A stretch of 64,000 bases of DNA, filler included, from Lenisia limosa (GCA_001655205.1; 12 parts of 12 records of this genome joined end to end with filler, not necessarily neighbours in it); one strand, 5' to 3'; shown: positions 34,667 through 47,200, numbered from the whole stretch's first letter. A program made the numbers and translations. Notes: generated by a model from the letters alone, not told the origin.

Positions 34667-36230
34667 CCACCATCCTCATCACCATTATCATCATAATCAT
34701 CATCACTATCATCACTATCATCATCAGCACCATCACTATCATCATCATCATCAACGTCATCATCATCATCACCACCATCAATAACGCCCACCATCATCAT
34801 CATCATCATCACTACCATCACCATTATCATCATTATCATCATCATCATCATTATTATCATCATCATCATCATCTACACTTCCTTCACCTCACCCCCCCCC
34901 AGACCAGCGCAAATCGTGAGGATATTTTTGACGTGTTCTTCGCTGTCAACATTATTGACCAGGTGTGAGGGGAGAATGAGGTAACTACATTCATGTACAC
35001 TGGTCATAATAAGTCTTTTCACGGATATTAAGCTTTTTTTTAGTCAATGGGACCTATCGCGGTCAGTGTATGTGAAACTGTTTCAACAAGAAAACAGAAT
35101 CTTCTTTGTTAGAGCATTTTGGAGGGGGGGGGGGCTAGATATATCCAGTGACCGGGATAAGTCTTGAACGATTTTCCTTGGGAAATCATATAATTGGTCA
35201 AGACTTATCCCTGTCACTGTATTCAACAAAAAAAAACCTGAATCAACTCCCTTTGAGCACTGGGGTGGGGGGTCTCTGTCTGACTGAAGTGAAGCCCACT
35301 TAGCGACAAATATCGATATTTTTACGGTATTCTTCAGACCGTAGGGAAGCCCTAATTCACAATAATTATTAATTGCAAGAAGCCCTAACAGGGATGCTCG
35401 ACACACTTGATTTTCCTTTGACCCTGCAGCTTGTTGCCAAAAATGAAGATGTGATCAAGATTGGTGTTCAGGGAAATAGGTCGGCCGGTTGTTGTTGATG
35501 ATGATGATATTGATGATGAGGAGGAGGAGGAGGAGGATGATGATGTTGATGATGATGGTGATGATGATGATGTTGTTGTTGATGATGATGATGATGTTAT
35601 TTTTTGTTACTGTTTTTTTATTGCTATTGCGCCCTTGTTTGCTTCCGAATGTTCAGCCAGATACTCCGTTATGCTTTTTATTGTTATGATGAATAGTAGC
35701 CCATCTAAGATCTTTATTATACATCCCCCTCCGCTGAGTAATGGGATGCGGGCTGCAGAAGTTGGAGTAATGGGATGCGGTGCTGCAGAAGCTGGAGTGA
35801 TGGGATGCGGTGCTGCAGACGCTGGAGTGATGGATGCAGTGCTGCAGAAGCTGGAGTAATGGGATGCGGTGCTGCAGAAGCTGGAGTAATGGGATGCGGT
35901 GCTGCAGAAGCTGGAGTAATGGAATGCGGTGCTACAGAAGCTGGAGTGATGGGATGCGGTGCTGCAGAAGTGACTGACCTAAGCTTTGTTTTTTTTTATT
36001 TTATCTATCCTCGTGTGTTGTCAGCCAACAGAGTTGATTTTGGGCTTTTTTTTTTTGTTCTAAATTTGCCAATTTTACTTCCCCTATAACACTCTCAGAG
36101 TCTTCATCATTTCGGGGCTCTTCCAGGTCACTCCAAACTCGGGTATTTGTCTGATCAACTTTGTCGACAATTGCTTACACAAATTTGCTGAATTTGGCCT
36201 GAGGGTAAAGGTGAGAGGGGGGAGCATCAA
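33866..36230 (+). CDS. Unidentified multi-exon protein (internal fragment)
   Basis: AG/GT-bounded exons QEALCLSLTTNILPNIAIKTLLLSQ.., TSANREDIFDVFFAVNIIDQ (~34903-34962), LVAKNEDVIKIGVQGN (~35430-35479), SLHHFGALPGHSKL (36099-36143). Confidence 0.45.
34296..34393. mobile_element. MITE family A
   Basis: GGGCTTCACTTCGTTTCAAAAA...TTTTTCGAACCTAAGTGAAACCTA. Confidence 0.75.
34515..34872. repeat. Imperfect (ATC/CAT)n microsatellite, ~350 bp
   Basis: Seen directly; it is the source of the poly-His, poly-Ile and poly-Asp pseudo-ORFs. Confidence 0.95.
35146..35221. mobile_element. MITE family E
   Basis: CAGTGACCGGGATAAGTCTTGAAC...GGTCAAGACTTATCCCTGTCACTG-TA. Confidence 0.8.
35489..35598. repeat. Imperfect (GAT)n/(GAG)n microsatellite
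   Basis: Seen directly. Confidence 0.9.
35736..35972 (+). repeat. 30-bp minisatellite, 8 copies, derived from the 5' end of family B
   Basis: Unit GAGTAATGGGATGCGGTGCTGCAGAAGCTG; the last unit runs into the B body. Confidence 0.92.
35944..36084 (+). repeat. Full-length family B copy ending 14 nt before an acceptor AG (36097-36098)
   Basis: GGGATGCGGTGCTGCAGAAGTGACTGACCTAAGCTTTG..CCTCGTGTGTTGTCAGCCAACAGAGTTGATTTTGGGC..CCAATTTTACTTCCCC. Confidence 0.85.
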
Positions 36231-36820
36231 TCATCATTACCGAACAAACAGTATCACACACAGAGAGAGAGATAATTTCTTTTATACCCCCCCCCTCTGG
36301 GGGGCACAGTGTTACGANNNNNNNNNNNNNNNNNNNNNNNNNNNNNNNNNNNNNNNNNNNNTTAATTAATTAANNNNNNNNNNNNNNNNNNNNNNNNNNN
36401 NNNNNNNNNNNNNNNNNGCTCACCCATTCAGAGGGAAGTTCGTGTTCGGTTGGGATTTTGGCACCATACACACTATTGCTTGTAGTGTACAATGGGCTTT
36501 GTTGTTTAGGAACGTGCTTATAACCTGCTAAACGACTAAATGATTTCAAGACTCCACAAACCATGAGGAGCGACTTTTTGAGATGACTGAGGATCCATAA
36601 TGAAAATGATATGACAGACAACTCTTTCAACACCTTCACACCCCAGCTTCTTCACGCACCTACTACCTACTGCGCCTAACAATTACAATTGCAAAAGCAC
36701 AGTAGCGACAGGTAACTGGTGATGCTGGCGTATCCCCATGTTATTTATTCCTTTTATTTTCGAAATATTTTTTTTTTGCCCAAAACTGCTAAAACATCAA
36801 CGAGGAAGCAATAAAACAAT

Positions 36821-38605
36821 ATGTTCCCAGCTGAGAGATGTTTTAGGTGCGGGCAAACTGGTCACGCAAAAAGGTTGGATTTATTCAAAGCTTATCTTCT
36901 CTAGGGACTGCACAGCGGACCCTAGCCTTCGTGCATGCTATAAATGTGGATCAGTAGGCGTTTTAAGGTGCTTTCAACGTTACCTATTTTTAGACCGACC
37001 ATGTTGCTGCTGATTGTGTGAAGCCAAAAGAATGTAAAATCTGTGGTTCATGTGACCATTTGGTTAGTTTCCACAGGTACCTTTATGATTTTCATCACAC
37101 CTCAATTTTCTTCACACATATAGGCCAAGGAGTGCCAGGATAGAAAGCCCCGTACTCGCCGTGGAAAGAGTTGCTTCACATGCGGTTCCACTGAGCATTT
37201 GGTGGGGGTTGTGTTGATGAAAATAGTAGTGTGTTTTTTTTTCAATTTTGGGAGTTTCCAAAAGCATGTAGAACTTCTCATTAATCCCCAACATATCGCA
37301 TCTTCTTCTCTCTTTCATCTATCCTTTTAAATATTACAGTGGGAACCATCTAGTTTTTAGTGTTTTGCCTTACTATTACAGGCCCGTGATTGCCCCACCC
37401 AAGATGGAAAGGAGGAAGAGGCCCCTCGTACTCGCCGTGGCAAGAGCTGCTTCACATGCGGTTCCACTGAGCATTTGGTGGGAGTTATGTTGATTATTTT
37501 TTAGGGGATTTTCAAAAGGCATGCATATTAATATTGTCTCATTTATCACACTCAACATATCTCCTTTTATCTTTTCCTTCTAATATAATAAAGTATTGGG
37601 GAAACATCTAGTTACAGAATTTGAGTCCTAATATCACAGGCCCGTGATTGCCCCAACCAAGATGGAGAGGAAGAGGCCCCTCGTCCTCGCCGTGGCAAGA
37701 GCTGCTTCACATGCGGTTCAACTGAGCATTTGGTGGGGTGGCTGTAGTAACGTTTCACGCTTTCATCTTTTCCTTGATTTATATAATAATGGTTGAGAAC
37801 ATTTTATTTCCATAGTCTTTGTAGTTTAAGTACTTTGCCTTATTATTACAGGCCCGTGATTGCCCCAACCAAGATGGAGAGGAAGAGGCCCCTCGTACAC
37901 GCCGTGGCAAGAGCTGCTTCACATGCGGCTCCACTGAGCATTTGGTGGGGGTTGTCTCTGCTGGATTTGACAATGTTGCTCTTAATTGGGAGTTCATTTG
38001 TTCACATGCCTGTTTTCCCTTCACACATTACATATCATATTCATTACTGGTGTAACACAACCTAATCACGTGATCCAGGCCCGTGATTGCCCCAATCAAG
38101 ATGAAGAAAAGGCCCCTCGTACTCGCCGTAGTAAGAGCTGCTTCACATGCGGTTCCACTAATCATTTGGTGCGAGGTTGCTTGTCTTTCTTTGTTTCTTG
38201 TTTCTTTAATTGATGAAAAGAGCTAGCAAAGCTGTTAAAACAAAGTTATTTTATCATTACCTTTTCGTTACTGACGGCAGAATTTCTTAATCCTTTTCAG
38301 GCTCGTGATTGCCCAGAAGAAAGCGAGAAAAACAAGGTGGGAATGGCTCTTTTCTTCTTGTATAACACATGTTCATGAGATTTCAATAACTTCTTCAGGA
38401 GGTGAAGACCTGCTACATTTGCAAGGTTGGTGAGGTCCGTGTCCCCCCTGTTGTTTCTTTGTTCAGGTGTTCTTCTTTTTCTCACCTTGACTCTTGTTAC
38501 TTCAAAGGAGGAAGGACACATTGCTCGCAATTGCCCAACTGCACCTCCCCAGGAGTGTTATGTCTGCGGAAAAACCACCCATCTTGCTTCCGAATGCCCA
38601 GAAAA
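36821..38605 (+). CDS. CNBP/GIS2-like CCHC zinc-knuckle nucleic-acid-binding protein, 10 knuckles
   Basis: Spliced knuckles CFRCGQTGHAKRDC, CYKCGSTDHVAADC, CKICGSCDHLAKEC, five copies of CFTCGST(E/N)HLARDC, CYICKEEGHIARNC and CYVCGKTTHLASEC. The final exon and stop were not pinned down. Confidence 0.85.
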
Positions 38606-39072
38606 TGTGAGTTTAATTCGTACTATACCTGACACATCTAGTAATTCAGTGGAGTTGCTGTAGTAGACTTGGCCACTTCATATTCTCTTCTTTAATAAAT
38701 TTATGAAAATGTGAGGTGATGGTGCGGGATCCTAGGAAAAGAGCAAGTAAACTAGTAAACTTGTTTATATTTGTAGCCATAGTATTTTCTGTTATTATTT
38801 CCTATTATCAGCCTATTATCCACTATCCACGACGTATTATTATTATCACATATTATCCAGCATATTTGAAATAAACAATTATAAATGTTGCGTCCAACAT
38901 GAAGAAGGGGGTAGTTTCATAGTTTCGAAGTTTCTTCTGAAATGAATGATTGTGAAATGAAGGAAGGGGGTAGTTTGTGGGTTGTTTCCACGTCTTTCGG
39001 ACCGACCGCGATCGAACATTGGGAGCCGAAAAACAGGCTGATTAAAAAGTGCGTCTAACTGAAGACGGCACT

Positions 39073-39117
39073 GAAAATAGAAGGGATGCGCGCCCCGCGC
39101 GCATCCCTTCTATTTTC
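39073..39117. promoter_or_regulatory. Perfect 21-bp inverted repeat with 3-nt loop, ~200 bp upstream of the CWC27 ATG
   Basis: GAAAATAGAAGGGATGCGCGC-CCC-GCGCGCATCCCTTCTATTTTC. The structure is seen directly; a regulatory role is only inferred from position. Confidence 0.45.
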
Positions 39118-39317
39118 TTTTTGACCTTTTTTTTTGTTTGCCTTTTTTGCCCTCTTTCTTTGCCCTTCTTCCAAAATAGTCCACAAATAAACATATCAAA
39201 CCATTCAAACGTAAAATAAACAGAAACGATATCAAATAGAAAGGTGGAACGGTTGAATAGTTCAACAACAGTAGTCAGAGTTAGTCGCTGCCACATTAAA
39301 GGCCAAATAGCGGTAAA

Positions 39318-42300
39318 ATGTCTAATATCTATGTGACAGAGCCCGCTACCTCCGGAAAAGTTCTTCTCAGGACAACCATTGGAGACATTGATATTGAGCT
39401 TTGGAGTAAGCCTTGCTTGCTTTCCCTTCCTTCTTACCTTCATAGCCAAGGAGGCACCTCTTGCGTGTAGGAACTTTCTTCAGCTATGCATGGAAAACTA
39501 CTTTGATGGGTAAGTTTGGCCCCTCCATATTCATGCTAACTGAGTAGGTGTCTCTTCCACCGAGTTGTGACTGACTTTATTGCTCAAACTGGTGACCCAA
39601 CTGGTACTGGTGAAGGTGAGCTCTGAAGGAACTAACTCTCTTTTTTTCAAAATCCTCAAATTTATATTCATGCTATAGGTGGAGAAAGCATCTGGGGTAA
39701 AGACTTCAAAGATGAGCCTCACACCCGTCTGAAGTTTAAGAGACGAGGGCTTGTTGCTATGGCAAATATTGGAGATAGTAAGGGGGTTTACTGGTTGCTA
39801 TACTTCAATTTTTTTGCTTCTTATAAATCTCAGAGCCTAATAGCAATGGCTCTCAATTTTTCTTCACTTTGGGTGCGACAGAAGAGCTCCAAGGCAAGCA
39901 CACCATTTTTGGAAAGGTGTGTTTCTTGTTTCGTTTGTGTTGACCTTTCAATCAAGGTTGCGGGTGACACTATTTATAACATGATCAAACTCAATGAGCT
40001 GGAGCTAGAGCCTAACTCAGACAGACCCGTCCACCCTCCTAAGTATGCCTGTATTTTATTTATTTTTTTGCAGATAACTTCTATTTTTATCGATGTGTAT
40101 AGTATTGCTTCATTTTTATAATCATCTTTACCGTATTAACTGATCAGGATAATCTCTTCTCTTGTTCTGAGCAATCCTGTAAGCGAAATTGGTATAGTAA
40201 TTGGTATAGTACTATGAAAGCTGTCAGGGCGGGGGGGACTAATGATTCACTTTATAACAACTTGGGCTTCACTTCGGTTAGAGAAAAGAATGAATTTCCC
40301 GATAAATCCTTGAAAACTGTCGATATTTTACCGGTCTTTTTCAAGCCGAAGTGAAGCCCTAATAACAACATAACATTTTTTAGTTTGACGATATCCTCCC
40401 TCGTGAAAAGAAAATCGAAAAAGAGGAAGAACCAGTTGTGGAAGCACCTAAAAAGAAGAAAAAGAAGTTGGTCCAGAATTATTTTCTTTTTCCTTTTGAT
40501 GAGTTATTCAAGGAATAATAGTTCCAGGAACCTCAACCTTTTGTCTTTTGGTGAGGAGCAAGGAGAGGAAGACAATGAAATGGAATCCTTTATCAAAAGT
40601 GAGCCTATATTGTCGGATTTTTTTTTTGTTTTTGCTTGACTTACCCTTAAGGCAAGAAGTCAGTCTCGGTACATCATGATGAAGGAGGAGACGATGAGGA
40701 AGCTCTTGAGGTAGGTTTTGAATTGCGTATTGGTCTTTGACAAAGATAGGCTGCCCGCAAAGAACGTAAGCGTGAACGTCTTGAAAAAGAAGAAAAAGAA
40801 CAGCGACTTCGTGATGCAGTTTCTGGCAGTATGTGGATATTCTTGTTATACATAGTAAGGATATATATGTACATTATTATACTACTATATATATGGTATA
40901 TTATATGTAATAGGTATAGGTATATTAAGTACTTCTGAGTTGGGTGAAGGATACCAGCTCTTTCACAACAGCACAATTATTTTCCTTTCCTTCTTTTGTG
41001 CTTTAGTTCATATTTCTAGAATCGGATATGTCAGTGGAAGAATTTGCAGCATCGCAAAAGGCAAAACTTGCGAAGAAGGCAGAGCAGGCAGGAATAAGTG
41101 AATCGTTGGAGGGGAAACCGGTGAAGTGTTTCTTTTCTCGGGTTCTAACTCAATAGAAAAAGAAAGCATCTGGAAGAGATCAAAAGAATCAAAGGTGACA
41201 TTGATGATTTGGACCAAAGAGACAGAGACTATCGTCTCGGGGGCGGCAAAAAGGAGGAAGATAGTGGTAAATAGGGGGTTAAGTTCTTTAATATTTTAGA
41301 TGAAGAAGGTCTAACCCCTCTTCAAAAGATGCAACTGAAGTACCGCAAGAAAAATCCAGTCAAGAAGGTCATGAAGAGAAAGAATGTTGTGGTATGTTGT
41401 ATTTTTATTCCTATGATCTTATAAGCGTGATGGTGTGGATGGCCTCGACTAGATACAAGCTTATTTTATTTCTCATCTATATTTGCAATTCAAACTCGCT
41501 GGGTTTCTTTAATATTTCAGGGGCCTTCTCCTTATTCTTGGAACATAGGATTTGAATCAACTTGATGCTTTTTATTCTTCCAACATGTGATTATTACTCC
41601 CTTCTTACTAATAGGATGATTCTTTGACACAAATGAAATTGAAGCAGTTCAGAGACAATCTTTTGAAGAAAACTGAAAAGGAAGGTTTGATTGTGTTGAC
41701 ATTTTTGAGAACAAGAAAAGAGAGGTATAAAAAAGAATGTATTTATTTACCCTACATATAATTACCATACTACTCACGCAGCGACAGTTATTCTCCAATG
41801 GCTTATTTGGATTGACTCTTTAGTTGGAGGAATTAAGGAGGCAACCAATGAACAGCTGATCAAAATGGAAGACCTGAGACAGAAAAAAATGGAAGAGAGG
41901 GAGGTTTGAGGAGTTGATTTTTCTGTTATCGTTATTGCCCTCATTTAGCTTTCAGGAAAAGGTGAAAAACAACATTGAGCTCAACGACAGTGATGAAGAA
42001 GATGAACCTCTTGTCTTTAGCAAGCTAAAGTTCCTGCCCCAAGAATATGTCCTGGCTAAGGTATTTCGGTTGATATCCCTTCAGTATATTGCATGAAATA
42101 GTACATATGATACTATATAGTAGTAGTATATGATATGATATATTTTATGATACTATGTAGTATTATATGTTTATGTACTTATTTAATATATGATATATAG
42201 TGTATGATATGATATGATATGATATATAGTGTATGATATGATATGATATGATATATGATATGATGATATCTATTTATCAACCCTTCTTCAGCAAAAAAAT

Positions 42301-42470
42301 TCCAACCCACACACGTAAATACTGGTGTAATCCACGTGCATTCATAAACGCTCTATTACCGCCAACACATTGTTTCTATTCGACCTCACCCTCAGGATCC
42401 TTCACGTCGTGAAATGTACAAAGATGATGGCTATGATGTCTTTGATCCCTTGATCAGTAGGAATGGGTAA
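39318..42470 (+). CDS. CWC27: Spliceosome-associated cyclophilin CWC27
   Basis: [147 protein letters not shown], then a charged tail ending [12 protein letters not shown]. Confidence 0.92.
40264..40361. mobile_element. MITE family A in a CWC27 intron
   Basis: GGGCTTCACTTCGGTTAGAGAAAAGA...TCTTTTTCAAGCCGAAGTGAAGCCC-TA. Confidence 0.85.
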
Positions 42471-43234
42471 TTCGGACAAATTTTAATTGAGTGATAGCGG
42501 AAGACTTTTCCCCTCCTAACATGTCGATTACCAAATAGTCATATTGTAAACTATTCATCTAATATAGTACAATATATGATATACAATTATAAGAGAGAGT
42601 ACATATAGCAGCTTGCAAGCTAGCATGTACATGTACTTCTAAATATATTACATCATGTATAGCTATTGATAAATAGTACAGAAATAGAATTAATACTAGC
42701 TATACAACATCATATCATATGTAACATTGATGACTTTTTTGTTTTATTTTTGAAAGAACAAGAAAACAAGGTCTTAATTTTTATCAGCAGCATTATGACT
42801 GTTTAGCTAAAGGAAAAGACAGAAGTAAAAACATGGCCAGCCAGCATCATAGACGATTGTATGAAAAGAAGAGGGTTGAAAAATGGTAGTTGCGTTGAGG
42901 TGTGTTTTTATTTTTACATGGAGCATCTGACCCTTAGAGGGGAAAGTACAAAGGATATCGTCTGGTAGGTAGAACTCGTACTAGTGATTTTGGTAGATTT
43001 TAGGATTCCTTGAAATTCTGTCAAGACAAGTTCAGGGGGGAGAAAGATTGGTATGTGACAAGTGCTGCTCTACTAAAACAGACTGCTTTAATAAGAGCTA
43101 CACTTTTTAAGATCAATGGGAGAGGATGGTGACATTAAAACACATTCAAAACTAAAACCGGTCCGGGTTGCCTGGAGAAATGATCTATCCACACAACTCG
43201 ATGTAATAAGTCAATTAAACAAGAGAGAACAAAT

Positions 43235-43845
43235 CTACTGCTTGCTCTTGGTCACAGCCTTTACTTGGTTGGCCTCCTCGATAAGGAAAGCACGGACGAC
43301 GCTAAATATAATGAATAAAGCTCAGGAAAGGCTTGAAAAAAAAAAGAAGCAGAAACTTACCGAGAACGGACGCAGTTGGCGCAAAGGCAGCCACCGTAGG
43401 CACGAGTGACAGTCTTCTTGGCCTTGGCGACGTTAGCATACTGGCGGGGACGGAGAGTGGGGACCTAAAGAATAAAAGGATATTCTTTGTTCATTTCTCA
43501 TCAAAAGCAAAAGCTTACACCATGGAGCTTGACGCCACAGCCACCGCACTTAGGAGCAGAAGCCTTCTTGGCAAAGATGTGAGCGGTAAGCTTTCCACCT
43601 AGAGAAAGTTAGAAAACGATCTCTGAACAATAAAACACTCAACCAAGAAAGAACACCACACATACCGGGAGTCTTCACACTGCAGAGATGAAGAAGAAAA
43701 TAAAACAATTAGTCACGAAATATAACATCAATCTCAGCAATGTAACCATCATTTAGAAACAAAATCATTTCAAAGCAAACATCTTGATGCGGTTAGACTT
43801 GGTACGGTAAGAGCACCGACGACGGTAAGTGACACGCTGGACCAT
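43235..43845 (-). CDS. RPL34: 60S ribosomal protein L34 (eL34), 5 exons
   Basis: MVQRVTYRRRCSYRTKSNRIKIVKTPGGKLTAHIFAKKASAPKCGGCGVKLHGVPTLRPRQYANVAKAKKTVTRAYGGCLCANCVRSRVVRAFLIEEANQVKAVTKSKQ*; four GT-AG introns, all phase-consistent. Confidence 0.97.
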
Positions 43846-44227
43846 AATTACAACGGGTAAAAAGGACTTGCTTCAAGCAAACTTTACATAAAAAGAAAAA
43901 CGGGTGACCTTAGTTCAGTTCAGTAAATTNNNNNNNNNNNNNNNNNNNNNNNNNNNNNNNNNNNNNNNNNNNNTTAATTAATTAANNNNNNNNNNNNNNN
44001 NNNNNNNNNNNNNNNNNNNNNNNNNNNNNGCTCCCTTTAACCCCCTCTTCCCATCTATTATCACCCTGTAACCCACCCCATATTATATATTTGGATGTGA
44101 AAACTATCCTGGTCAATCCGCGGTTCTGGTGATAAAACTATCTTAAGCCCTCTGCAGAGCATAACCTGATTGAACCCTCACCTCCATTTTTTTTTGTTTC
44201 AATTTACTCCCACTAATATTCTGTTTG

Positions 44228-47200
44228 GAAATTCCCCTCTCACCCCCAGCCCCCGCACCGCCGAACAATCCGATGCCGACTGCGGCCACAATGACAACGT
44301 CGTCATGGGCAAATGCACTGCACATTGCCCCTTCGGTCGGTTCGACCAGGCCGGGTTGTGCGTCGAGCCGACGGAGACGTTTTGTGAGCGCCACGCTTTC
44401 GCGCGCCGGCATAATTGTCCCCCCGGTTAGTNNNNNNNNNNGTTGCCCCTTCGGTCGGTTCGACCAGGCCGGGTTGTGCGTCGAGCCGTCGGAGACGTTT
44501 TGTGAGCGCCACGCTTTCGCGCGCCGGCATAATTGTCCCCCCGGTTAGTGGGGGGGGGGGTTATTTGAGTGTGGTTTTTTGTTTTTTTGTTTTGAAAACA
44601 AGCAGATAAAATAATATTTCGAGGTTTCTGACGATTTTCCCCATCCATTTCTTCGGAAACGCCAACATTTGAATACTTATAACTTGGGCTTCCCTGCGGT
44701 CCGAAAAAGACCGTTTAAATATCGATATTTATCGAGGATTTATCGAGAAATTCGTTCTATTTTGGGACCGTAGGGAACCCCTATCTATAACGTTTGAACG
44801 TGTAGGCTCAGAATACTGGCCGAAAACGGACAGTTGCATCTGCGGGNNNNNNNNNNTGATTTGAGTGTGGTTTCTTTGTTTTGAAAACAAGCAGATAATA
44901 TAATATTTCGAGGTGTCTGACGGTTTTCCCCACCCATTTCCTCGGAAACGCCATCTGCTCCAACATTTGAATACCTATAACTAGGTCTTCCCTACAGTCC
45001 GAAAAAGACCGTTTAAATATTGATATTCATCGAGGATTTTTCTAGAAATTCGATCTATTTTGGTTATCAATAACGTTTGAACGTGTAGGCTCAGAATACT
45101 GGCCGAAAACGGACAGTTGCATCTGCGGGCCGGGTTCTGTTGGCACTCCTATTGCAACAGTGGACTCAGCCTCCCCCGCCCCGGGTCCTCTGACGTGTTT
45201 CTCCCTAAGTGGACTGGAGGCGCTACGGCCGCGCACGCAGCTGAGTGACATCATTTGCCNNNNNNNNNNCTTGGATCCTTCCCATTGTTTTGTTTCCCAC
45301 CCGAACTATTATTATTTTTTGACAAGAGAAATAATATGATATACTACATTGGAAATCTAGGGAACAAATAAATACATAGGGATACCATGAACTGTTCCGA
45401 TTAGTCTCCTCCACTGACAACTATACTACTATAAGTGATTCTTAGAGGTCAAACAGAGAATGTAAATCAAATCTCGATAAGAACTCCGACAATCTCTGGT
45501 ATTTTTCAGACCTTAGTAAAACCCAAATAATGATACGATGCCATCCAGTCGACCTCTCACCAGAGTTGATTCTGGATTTGTTTCATAAATTTTTCAACCT
45601 TGAGGCCGATCTTCGAAATTTCCTTAGTTTTACTCCCCCCCCCCTTTTTTTTTTGGTTTGGGCTTTTATTGTTTCAAAATTTCCATTGTTACTCCATTGC
45701 ACTCAGATTTTGACCATTTCAGACTGCGATCGGCGAAATTTCAGCCTTCTTTTGCTACCCCATACCGCCAGCCCCAACAATTGAGCTCCTTAGCCCCACT
45801 ACTCTGAACATTACGTTCCGTGGCTGTCCCGAGAGCTACGCTCAGCAAATGTGCTGTACCGACTGCTTGGATTTCTCAAAGTATGCCTGGTTGTTGATTG
45901 AAATAAAATAAATTAATAAAAGAAAATCCTGGTTCACAGGATAATACAAAGGGTCACCAAAGGTTTCACTTCGTCCGAACCACACCAGTGAAATATCGAT
46001 ATTTATCGAGGGTTTATCGAGTTCTTTTTCGAACCGAAGGGAAGCCCAAGAAGGACAGAATCCGCATATATTCTCCCGCCTATATTCTTCATCGAATTTC
46101 CTTCGTTTTACTTCCCCCACCAATATTTGAAATGCCTTCATTAGCGTTTTTTATTGTTTGAATCATATTCTTCATCGAATTTCTTTCGTTTTTGTCAGCC
46201 AACAGAGTTGGGGCTTTTTGTTTCAAATTTTCCAATTTTACTCCCCCTCCCAGAGCCCAACCATGCACCATCCTCTTCCCGTCTGGAGCAGTGACAATGG
46301 CCGCCGGTACCGAGGCACTTATTCAAGCAGGTTGTTTGCTCAACTCGGGAGTTAACAGTGCATTGGGATTCCTCAAGTACCAACATCCCTATCCTGACGT
46401 TGGCTTCACCGTCTCTTTCTCCGGAGATGATACCGAGGTTTGTCTTTTCTTTGGGATTGTGTTGAGGTTTGTCTTTTCTTTGGGATTGTTTTGAGGTTTG
46501 TCTGTTTCTTTCTTGAGCTGTTTAAAACCCACTGATAGCAGGGAAATGTTAGTTGTATTAAAGCAAGGCACCAACCTAGAAAATTGTCACCGACATTCGA
46601 ACAATAAGTTTCGGTGATATCATACTTTTTAGAAAATTTGAAGAAGATTTTGGTCAATAATGCAACACAGCTTCGCAGTCTTCATAAGTAATCTTCACCA
46701 GATGTTGTTTTCATCCATAAATAACCTTCACCAGATGCCATTTTCATCGCCGATTTCGCTGTTGGTTGAAGCTCTGACCGTTGACGGTCTCACTCCGGGC
46801 CTTCGGGTCACAACCGACGGTACTGAACCGTCGGCTCACACCTTTTCCTCCGAAATCACAGGGCCAATTCAGCTCAACTTCTCATCTAATGCCATTGTTA
46901 AGAGTTGGCTGGTTTCTTACAAGTCTATCTGCTGTCTTTTGATAAACACTGATGTTGATTTTGGGCTTCTTTTTTCTGGCAAAACGAGTTTCATTCCCGC
47001 TAATGAGTAGTTGCGTCATTCCTCCCATCCGGTCAGACGGGATATGCGACTTACAGCCTTGAGTTTGAAGAGTCCTCAATGGTGGATGAGGTTGAGGAGC
47101 CCGAAGATGGTAGGGGGTCGATAACCATTGTTCTGAAATCATGGGGCGAAAGTCATAGAGGGAGAATGATGTTATAATGATGATCTAAAATCATGGAGGT

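Noticed and set aside
34455-34872. Poly-His, poly-Ile and poly-Asp/Met ORFs
   Set aside because: These are translations of the (ATC)n microsatellite in an intron.
35461-36089. ORFs with AAEAGVMGCG repeats or LSANRVDFG segments as a repeat protein
   Set aside because: They are translations of the B-derived minisatellite and the B body; the same peptides recur wherever B occurs.
35944-36098. Family B as a classical whole-intron Introner starting at GTGACT/GTCTGG
   Set aside because: The apparent GT is internal to the repeat (other copies read GCGACTGG), the repeat extends further 5', and host introns have unrelated 5' parts.
44442-44548. Real tandem exon duplication in the Cys-rich gene
   Set aside because: It is separated by a 10-N gap and differs by one base, so a haplotype or overlap artefact is more likely; reported as such.
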